Virus record (IMG/VR): IMGVR_UViG_3300020021_000008
Coordinates: 1 to 63,215 of that record
Strand: one strand, 5' to 3'
DNA length: 63,215 nt
From: a virus
Taxonomy: Duplodnaviria; Caudoviricetes
A program made the translations under genes and the position numbers. The notes below the pieces were generated by a model, which was not told where the DNA came from, did not search any database, and saw nothing but the letters and a program-made list of their open reading frames with translations. This document shows positions 56,140-63,215 of the stretch, in pieces. The first letter of the stretch is position 1. The number at the start of each line of letters is the position of its first letter.

Positions 56140-56928
56140 TTACACAGGTCCGGCCAGCAGTCCGCCCGGCCCAGTCGACACCTGAGGCGTGTACGGGGTG
56201 CCAGTCCCACTACCGCCAAACAGTGAGCCGATGCCCGACGCCAGCGATCCGAGCGCCCCACCACCTTGGATAGTGCTTGCCGCTCCGCCAGGTGCGAACG
56301 CGGCAGTAAGAGGGCCGGTCCCCGTGGCGATGCTACTGCCCAGCGCATTCGCTCCCATAGTATTGTATGCACCAGACGCTCCGGCACCCTGCATACCAAA
56401 TCCGGCCTCGGCCTGGCCGGCGCCAATGACCTGGTTGCCCTGCTGAAGCGCGCCCGAGAGGCCCGTGTTCGTAAGGCCGGTCAGCATGTTATAGTCCTGC
56501 TGGTTCTGGGTGAGGTAGTTCTGTAACTGCTGGTTGTAGGTGGTACTCGCGAGGTTCTGGGCGTATTGGTCTCCGGCTTGGATAGCAGGGCCGCTAACCC
56601 CTAATCCTCTCGCCGTTTGGCTGTTCTGGGTGGCCTTGAGGCCCTGCTGCAGCTGAAACTGATAGCCCGGTGTGGAGGCCAAGTCTGTTGGATTGAACTG
56701 CGCCGTGTAGCCCGGTAGGTTGGCAGCCAGCATTGGCAACGCCTGTTGCGACGGAGCAAAGTATGGGTTCTCCGTATTCGTCGCAGCATTCACATGATCC
56801 TGGAGGTTCTTGGTCCAAGTCCCCACCGCGTTGTTGAGAATGCCTTGGCTACCACCAGTCCCACTGCTCGAGATGGCCCCACCAACGATACTCCCAACCG
56901 CTCCAATAGCTGCACCCCAAGGCATCAC
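56140..56928 (-). CDS. P22 gp7-like DNA transfer protein
   Basis: TPGYQFQLQQGLKATQNS..ARG..SG; Gly-rich ends. Confidence 0.75.
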   Translation of the reverse strand: MMPWGAAIGAVGSIVGGAISSSGTGGSQGILNNAVGTWTKNLQDHVNAATNTENPYFAPSQQALPMLAANLPGYTAQFNPTDLASTPGYQFQLQQGLKATQNSQTARGLGVSGPAIQAGDQYAQNLASTTYNQQLQNYLTQNQQDYNMLTGLTNTGLSGALQQGNQVIGAGQAEAGFGMQGAGASGAYNTMGANALGSSIATGTGPLTAAFAPGGAASTIQGGGALGSLASGIGSLFGGSGTGTPYTPQVSTGPGGLLAGPV

Positions 56929-57272
56929 AGATCTCCAGTCAATTCATGCTGCTCCATCACCTCGACCGCACCACTATGCGAGAGGTTATGGATGCAGTAG
57001 AGCGTGGTGTTGTCTTCGAGGGTCTCGAACAGATGTTTGGTGCCGCGCTTGATGACGAGCATGTACGGGGCACTGTAGTTGCCCGTTGGCTCGCCATCGA
57101 TCCAGATAGACACTCGACCAGTAGCGATAAGGGTGCTGTGGTCGTAGCAGTGGGAATGCTGAGGTATGAATGTTCCAGCCTTGCGCACCACCATCTGCTT
57201 CACAAACACACCGTCGACAGTCGTGAAATCCAGCTGTACCGGTTGCACTGCGAGCCGTTGGTACTCGGTCAT
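56925..57272 (-). CDS. Cupin-domain protein
   Basis: PQHSHCYDHSTLIATG..KHLF..YCIH. Confidence 0.75.
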   Translation of the reverse strand: MTEYQRLAVQPVQLDFTTVDGVFVKQMVVRKAGTFIPQHSHCYDHSTLIATGRVSIWIDGEPTGNYSAPYMLVIKRGTKHLFETLEDNTTLYCIHNLSHSGAVEVMEQHELTGDL

Positions 57273-57805
57273 CACTCTACCCTCATGCAAACAATGAGTG
57301 TCACCCGATCACTATCCCCGTGGTTTTGCACCGAGTGCTCTCGCAGATTATCGAAGTACCAAGCTTCGCCCTCACCCATCACCACGTTCTCGCCCTCGCA
57401 GATGTTAACACATCCGGGGTTCGTGGCGATCGGAACGTACAGCTTCACATTCATGTTCTCTGCGTGCCAGGTGCCCCGGTCGTTGTGAGGGAGGATCATC
57501 CCTCCAGCCGGGATGCGAGTAATCAACACCCCGCCGAGAAACGTGGCAGCGACGTGCTGCATCAGCCCGAACACAATAGGCCTCAGCGCGGAGAGTGCGT
57601 GCCAGGCGGGCATCCACTCCGGCAGGAACGGAGCTTCGCCTAGCTCCCCCTCCCGCCACCGAACCCAAATATCACTCGCCTCCCGATGCGGAGACTCCCG
57701 ACCAGTCCGAGCGCGGTGCGCGTTCCAGAGTTCCGGATGCAGAAGGAGTTGCAGTTTCACCCCCTCCACATTGATGCCCCCGGCCAGTCGATGGAAATTC
57801 TGCAT
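57272..57805 (-). CDS. Aspartyl/asparaginyl beta-hydroxylase-like 2OG-Fe(II) oxygenase
   Basis: ILPHND..GEAWYFDNLREHSVQN..DRVTLIV. Confidence 0.85.
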   Translation of the reverse strand: MQNFHRLAGGINVEGVKLQLLLHPELWNAHRARTGRESPHREASDIWVRWREGELGEAPFLPEWMPAWHALSALRPIVFGLMQHVAATFLGGVLITRIPAGGMILPHNDRGTWHAENMNVKLYVPIATNPGCVNICEGENVVMGEGEAWYFDNLREHSVQNHGDSDRVTLIVCMRVE

Positions 57806-57911
57806 CTGGAGTTCTCCACACTATGTCGGGACGCTATCACAACAGGGTGGCCAGGGCCACCCCATACCAACCCACAAACAACCCCCGTGGCCCGAGCCAG
57901 GCTTGCAGCCC

Positions 57912-58550
57912 TCATGGCCCAATCAAATGTAGTGTGGCGAGGTCCAACTCCAACGCCGCCAACCGAGTCGACAAAACCTGCACCTGCACCACCACCGCTT
58001 GAACCTCGGCCTGCGTAGGCGGGTTCGAAATGGTCTGAGTGAACCCAGCATTAAAGGTAGCGCGAGAGACCGTACCAGTTGGGGCTGTCCAGCCAGTCTG
58101 GGTGCCGAGTCCCAGGTTCGTTCGGCTCGTTGCACTGCTCAGCAAATCACCCAGGTTATTAGCCTTCTGGAGTGAGTTATCCGCTTCAGTTCCCTGGGTG
58201 GCGGTGGCAAAGTCAGTCGTGTCGTGGGTTGCCGCCGTGCCCAGGTCGAGATTAAGTCTCGCGGCTACCGCATCCGTAAGGTCGCTGAGATTGGCCGTCT
58301 TCTTGGCTCCGGCGTTCGCTGCCAGCTGGGCCACCTGAGCGGCAAGCTGAGCAATTGCTGCCGCCGTCTGCGCTGCCGCCGCCGCATCAACAGCACTCTG
58401 AGTAATCACCCCCAATGACTGCCCGGTACGGATCCAGAGCGCCCTCAGCAGTGAGTACCAGGTCCCAGTGACTTTGTTGTCCTTGTCCACGAACGGAGAG
58501 CTAGAGTCCGGAAGTCCCTGGTTGGCGGCACTTTGAACTGGATTGGCCAT
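57912..58550 (-). CDS. Tail needle/fibre-like protein (gp26-like)
   Basis: Ala-rich coiled coil, NLSDL..AR.NL repeats, QTGWTAPTGTVSRATF tip; ATG 58550. Confidence 0.65.
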   Translation of the reverse strand: MANPVQSAANQGLPDSSSPFVDKDNKVTGTWYSLLRALWIRTGQSLGVITQSAVDAAAAAQTAAAIAQLAAQVAQLAANAGAKKTANLSDLTDAVAARLNLDLGTAATHDTTDFATATQGTEADNSLQKANNLGDLLSSATSRTNLGLGTQTGWTAPTGTVSRATFNAGFTQTISNPPTQAEVQAVVVQVQVLSTRLAALELDLATLHLIGP

Positions 58551-61351
58551 TAAGTCCCCGCCCTGACTGCGTCGATCCAGGCACCTTGGAGTGCCGTCGG
58601 ACCAGACTGCCAACTGAGCTCGTACACCCGATCCCGAGCCATGCCAAGGCGGCGCCACTGAACGCTGGTGTAGAAATCTCCCTGGAGACCAAGAGTTTGC
58701 AACACCGGGGGGTTCCAGGTAGCGCCGCGAGTGTCGCTCCACCTAAGTGCCATTCCAGCATTACCGGACTCAATATTTCCTACCTGCACATCAGCCACAA
58801 ACCTGTTGTGGACCATCCTACGTCCATCATCGAGTATGTGTGGGAACGAGCGCAGGAATTTCATTGGAGCCCCGTTGTCGGTGTTAACGGTCGGATCGAG
58901 GGCGTAGATGTTGGCGTTCTCCCAGTCCCCAATGATCACCTTGTCGTAGGCAAATGCCACGCAGTTCATCCGATGCCGATGCTCGGTGATACCGTCGTTG
59001 GTGTCCAGCCAACAGCGCTCATGCCAGAACCCAGTGGTAATATCGAACACCCAAGTCTTATCGGCGGTGGGAAACGTGAGGACGTAGAACGCATGGCCCT
59101 GCTGTTGATACACCATCCCAATAGCATCATCAATCACAGCATACCCACTAATCGCCACCTCAATCGCATGAGTACTCACCCGGTTAACTGTGGTGTTTTG
59201 TCCCATCACTACCATAGCGTGGCCAGAGAGGCTCCTCGACAGCCAAATCACCGTCTCGCCGGCCTTCTGTGCCGAGTACTTAGCGGCACAGCCCATGTTG
59301 ACAACGGCGTTGGGAACTCGCTCAAACGGGAACGTCCCTCCAGCCTGTCCACCAGAGTTATACCAGATTTCACTCGTGTAGCGGCCCAGAAGCCAAATCT
59401 CCGAATGCACAATCACCACGGTAATAAGCCCATCGGCATAGGAGACCTTGCTAGCAAAATCGAGTGGATCGAACGTCGTGTCCTCACTCCCACTGCAGTA
59501 GAATATTGGGGTCTGAGGTTTGTTCAGCACAAAGAACGTGTCCACATAGTCCACCTTGTCAGCACCGTAGAACCCCTGCTCATTCGGCGTTGTCGACCCA
59601 GGGTCAATCACAAACATGATCCGAGTCGCGAGATCCACCACATACCCTCCAGTGGTGCCATCCACTAACACGAGTTTCGTTCCGTTGTCGGCCATGGAAA
59701 CTGGCGTAAGCCCCGGTGCAATGGTGCCTAGTGCGGTGAACGTGTAGGTGTCATCGACCCAATAAAGCGTGTCGTAACACACTGCATAGAGGTCGCCGTT
59801 GCCGGCAGTGTAGAGACCTCTTACCGGGCCAGATCTGGGCATAACGACTCCTGGGGCATATTGTAACTGCACGGTCAGGCGGTAGTCGAACGAGGTGGCG
59901 ATGCCGAAGTTGGGATCCGGTATCAGCCCACCAGCATTCTGTGCATAGTACGTGCTTCCAACGCTGTAGGCCATAAACTGCCAGGGCATTGCGAACGTGC
60001 CGTCAGACCCGGAGGGTCCGTCCTCCCCAGCCTCGCCAAGCAGACCAACCCAGTAGTCGCCAACAGGGAGTGCCACTCCAACCGGGAAGTGATAAATTCC
60101 AGGGAGGAACCGAGTATCATCACCTCCAAACCCATTTCCCACTGTCTGTAGTGGTGACTGCGCCAACAGGTCTCCGGGCACTCCAGCGTTATTGCTATAG
60201 ATCACCGCTCGGTATTGCGGCCAGGTAACAATTCCAGTTCCTTGGTGATACAGCACTGCAAGCACATTCGACACAAATCCCTGCTCATGCATGAACAGTC
60301 GACTTACGGCTCGCTGGTTGTAGTCTGGACGAATGTCGCCGTTAATCAGCGTATCCACAAACGGTATAATAACGCTGCTGTGAAACGGGGCAATAGTAAA
60401 GTCGGTCGGATTGCTCGTATTGAGTGATCCGACATAGCGGCTAGTTACCGTGTAGCCCTTGAAACCCTCTGGAGGTGCAAACGCAAAGGGGTCCTGACCG
60501 GAGTTGACTGTAAGCTGGTCCCCAAGTACTCCTGGCTGTGCCGATGGATATGAGGCACTGAGATTGCCGGGGGAGAATGGGTTGAGGTTGATTAGCACTC
60601 CATTCGTGGGATCTGTGCTATCCCATACGTAGTCCGCCACGGGAGTCCCATTCAACCAGGTTCCATTCTTTCCGAACCACACAGTGGATGCATTGAACGG
60701 TACTCCACCAACGTCAACGCTGGCGACCACATATGCAAACTGCAACACGTCACCAGCAACAAAAGGTATTGGACCAGGTTGAAAACTGCCAGGAAAATAC
60801 GTCCCGTCAGCCCGCCAGGCGAAACTCCCATCACTGGTATCAGCCATGGTGGTACAGAAATCTGCCGACATAGTTTCAAAGAAGCTCGTAACTCCCACCG
60901 CCGTCAGTGGCGAGGTACACACATCCACCTGCATTTCCCAATACCAGTTACCAGTATTTTTGATCTCCTGGAACACTGCAGTGGACATCTGCGGGCCAAC
61001 AGCATCGGAGTCACTGTAGGGTCCGAAAGTCCCTCCCTGATCCACCCCTCCAGTCACAGTGCGATCGAAATTACTGATCACAATGAACTCTGGATCCGCA
61101 TTCGCCGTAGTGTCCGGATCGAACGCCACCGCCGTAGGCTGCACCACAAACTGCTCCCCGAGGTTCGTCGAGCCCGGCGAAGAGTAGTAGATGTAAGCAG
61201 GGGATTGAGTGGTGGCGTTGCCAAGCTTTGGTGGAATGGGCTCTCCCTCTGGGGTGGGAATTTCCTCCGCGTAGAGGTTAAGTGAGCGCTGGGCACTCGC
61301 GATTAGCGATTGCGACACATACGACCCACCGCCGAGGAACACCTTGGTCAT
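58550..61351 (-). CDS. P22 gp10-like tail hub/DNA stabilisation protein with inserted SPRY and beta-sandwich domains
   Basis: VSMADNG, DTFFVLN, SEIWYNSG, QQGHAFYVLTFPTADKTWVFD, WRRLGMARDRVYE; ~440-aa insert after the N-terminal segment. Confidence 0.8.
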   Translation of the reverse strand: MTKVFLGGGSYVSQSLIASAQRSLNLYAEEIPTPEGEPIPPKLGNATTQSPAYIYYSSPGSTNLGEQFVVQPTAVAFDPDTTANADPEFIVISNFDRTVTGGVDQGGTFGPYSDSDAVGPQMSTAVFQEIKNTGNWYWEMQVDVCTSPLTAVGVTSFFETMSADFCTTMADTSDGSFAWRADGTYFPGSFQPGPIPFVAGDVLQFAYVVASVDVGGVPFNASTVWFGKNGTWLNGTPVADYVWDSTDPTNGVLINLNPFSPGNLSASYPSAQPGVLGDQLTVNSGQDPFAFAPPEGFKGYTVTSRYVGSLNTSNPTDFTIAPFHSSVIIPFVDTLINGDIRPDYNQRAVSRLFMHEQGFVSNVLAVLYHQGTGIVTWPQYRAVIYSNNAGVPGDLLAQSPLQTVGNGFGGDDTRFLPGIYHFPVGVALPVGDYWVGLLGEAGEDGPSGSDGTFAMPWQFMAYSVGSTYYAQNAGGLIPDPNFGIATSFDYRLTVQLQYAPGVVMPRSGPVRGLYTAGNGDLYAVCYDTLYWVDDTYTFTALGTIAPGLTPVSMADNGTKLVLVDGTTGGYVVDLATRIMFVIDPGSTTPNEQGFYGADKVDYVDTFFVLNKPQTPIFYCSGSEDTTFDPLDFASKVSYADGLITVVIVHSEIWLLGRYTSEIWYNSGGQAGGTFPFERVPNAVVNMGCAAKYSAQKAGETVIWLSRSLSGHAMVVMGQNTTVNRVSTHAIEVAISGYAVIDDAIGMVYQQQGHAFYVLTFPTADKTWVFDITTGFWHERCWLDTNDGITEHRHRMNCVAFAYDKVIIGDWENANIYALDPTVNTDNGAPMKFLRSFPHILDDGRRMVHNRFVADVQVGNIESGNAGMALRWSDTRGATWNPPVLQTLGLQGDFYTSVQWRRLGMARDRVYELSWQSGPTALQGAWIDAVRAGT

Positions 61352-63215
61352 GGCAGCGGGCCTCCCAGCGGATTAGCTCCAGGGAACGCCGATCGCACCG
61401 TAGCATCGTCAATGTTGAAACTCCGTGCCCCGGTCCTCGGATCATAGGTGGCGTTGTTGGTCCAGGTAATCGAGGTGCTTCGTGCGTGCAACACCGCCGT
61501 GCAGAACGGGTTGAACCCAGTAGTCAGTGATGTGCTCGCCCCCCTGTTGTTGCTCATGGTGCAATTGGTGCTGTTCACCGCACAAATATCTCCCCTCTCC
61601 GTGCCAGTAAGGCCCTGGTCTCGCACGTTATTGTAGGCGATATTACTGTCCATGAGCACCTTGGTCGAGCTAAACACATGGACACCCCTACCGCCATTAT
61701 TGTAGCAGGTGTTGCGTTGGCACAACGAAGTGTGGGTGTAAGCGGTGGCGGCTCCAGGAGGAGTGGTATTGGAGTTGTTTCGCTGCGCCAGCAAAAAGTC
61801 GTCCATGATAATGCCATTGCCATCAGTATGGTTGGTCGAGGTGATCCCACTACCACCCAAAATGATATTGTCATGGCATACATTGTTGATCACCTGGATC
61901 CGGTAAGTAGCGGCGATATCCGCAGCACTTGGAGTGTAAGGGATCTCGGTAGGCTCGTAGATGGAGATACCTGAGGTTTGGTTGCCATTCCAGCAGGAAT
62001 TTGCATAGCACTCATTTCCATCCATAATGTACCAGTCTTTGAAATTGGCCTGGATGCCCGAGCCTCCGCAGTCGTGGATCTTGTTGTTCAGTGCGATTAG
62101 GTGATGGCCCCAGAAGCCGAGGCCCGACCCAATAGTCCGTGCACCTCCGAGCGTCGTCACTCCAGCATTGCCACCATCAATCTCAAAGCCATCGAAAATG
62201 AGATAGTTCCCATTCACATGCACTACGTCATCGGAATTACTGCTGTTAATTACCAGCTTCGCACCATGGAGTACCGTGGAGTAATAGACCACGAACCCGA
62301 TCATCGAGTTGGTATTGCCGCCACGGGAGAGCACCTGGCTGCCAGGCAGATTGTACGTACCGGCAGCAAAATTCACCACATCGCCAGCGGCAAGCTTGCC
62401 GCTCGCATCCGCCCCGGCGAGAGTTTTCCACGGAGATACTGAGGTGCCCTGCCCGGTCGGAGGATCGTTGCCGTTGGGCGCCACAAACCAGTTCCGTACC
62501 GCAGTGTAATACTGTTGGGTGGTTTTGGGTGTGAGCGTGGCGAAAAATGCACTAAGCGGAGCAAGGCCCTCGACCAAGCGGCCAGGGCTCTTCGCCGAAC
62601 CGCTTAAGGCGGACCGAGGCAACAGCGCACCACGAAGAGGCCGCACTCTGCGGGTAGTAAGCGTTGGCACTCCCCTGGGGTTCAAGTTCGCCGCCAGCGC
62701 ATGACCGCGATGAATGCTTCCAACCACCGTCGACGTAGGTGTAAGGTGGCCCTGCAGCCGTGAACTCAGTGCCGTAGCACTAACACTGCTAGTCATCGCA
62801 AGTGTAGCTAGGAGGCGACGCCTACGACGCAGCGTCGCAGCCACAACGCTACTTGGCGTTACCGCCTCGGCAACACGACCGTGCTTGTGCACAGCACCCA
62901 CCACCGTACTGGTACTGCGAAGGGCTTCGCCTAACCCGCCCGCCACAAGTGCCTTGCCAATCGATGCTGACAGCAGTGATGTATCAGTGATGCTCTCGGC
63001 AACGAGAGCCCGAGAACGCCGTTGCGCCCCGGCCACGACGCTGGTCGGTACTGCGGCCTCGGCTAGGGGTTTGAAGAGTGGATTGAGTGCCACACCAATG
63101 AGCGTCGTATCCACGAATAGAAACGAGCTGAGATCCCTGGTACGCTGGAGTGTCGCATCCATTTCGCTCGTCGGAAACACCTGAGCAACCAGCGCCCTGG
63201 GCCGGAGGTTCAGCA
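61348..63215 (-). CDS. Tailspike-like protein (3' part; starts at 354) with a C-terminal parallel beta-helix
   Basis: HDCGGSGI, HTDGNGIIMDDF, NNGGRGVH; GTCA overlap with the gp10-like gene. Confidence 0.85.
   Translation of the reverse strand, partial: LNLRPRALVAQVFPTSEMDATLQRTRDLSSFLFVDTTLIGVALNPLFKPLAEAAVPTSVVAGAQRRSRALVAESITDTSLLSASIGKALVAGGLGEALRSTSTVVGAVHKHGRVAEAVTPSSVVAATLRRRRRLLATLAMTSSVSATALSSRLQGHLTPTSTVVGSIHRGHALAANLNPRGVPTLTTRRVRPLRGALLPRSALSGSAKSPGRLVEGLAPLSAFFATLTPKTTQQYYTAVRNWFVAPNGNDPPTGQGTSVSPWKTLAGADASGKLAAGDVVNFAAGTYNLPGSQVLSRGGNTNSMIGFVVYYSTVLHGAKLVINSSNSDDVVHVNGNYLIFDGFEIDGGNAGVTTLGGARTIGSGLGFWGHHLIALNNKIHDCGGSGIQANFKDWYIMDGNECYANSCWNGNQTSGISIYEPTEIPYTPSAADIAATYRIQVINNVCHDNIILGGSGITSTNHTDGNGIIMDDFLLAQRNNSNTTPPGAATAYTHTSLCQRNTCYNNGGRGVHVFSSTKVLMDSNIAYNNVRDQGLTGTERGDICAVNSTNCTMSNNRGASTSLTTGFNPFCTAVLHARSTSITWTNNATYDPRTGARSFNIDDATVRSAFPGANPLGGPLP
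63079..63215. repeat. Terminal overlap, copy 2
   Basis: Matches 1-137. Confidence 0.95.

Overview
This window is a circularly assembled, apparently complete genome of a tailed dsDNA phage of about 63.08 kb; bases 1-137 repeat 63079-63215. The minus strand carries a P22-like podovirus packaging, virion and lysis module (terminase, portal, scaffold, coat, gp4/gp10/gp26-like and ejection proteins, tailspike, endolysin, holin). The plus strand carries early/accessory genes and a replication module (Cas4-like nuclease, AAA recombinase, SSB-like protein, ParB-methyltransferase, UDG-exonuclease plus a split PolA, and a DUF3987 helicase-like protein). I recognised no integrase or RNA polymerase. Two RNA-protein systems stand out. 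(1) A nuclease-less IS110/Nop-domain protein (TasA-like, 27958-28824) is followed by a dual-spacer guide array of about 54 units (AGCC-N9-GAGTGTACC-N9-GAG, ~28985-31106). This is a TIGR-Tas-type locus, coupled to a HIRAN gene upstream and running into a UvrD helicase start codon downstream. (2) A Ro60/TROVE gene is preceded by six tandem Y-RNA-like ncRNAs, two of which carry differently permuted tRNA-like domains. Other oddities are a secreted paralog of the tailspike beta-helix next to an O-acyltransferase, a duplicated gp10 N-terminus on the tailspike, shared MPFD- and -DIGL terminal peptides on otherwise dissimilar early proteins, early genes individually bracketed by inverted repeats, and a perfect 21-bp inverted repeat around a T10 tract at the strand switch. 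All family assignments come from motif recognition by eye, with no database searches.
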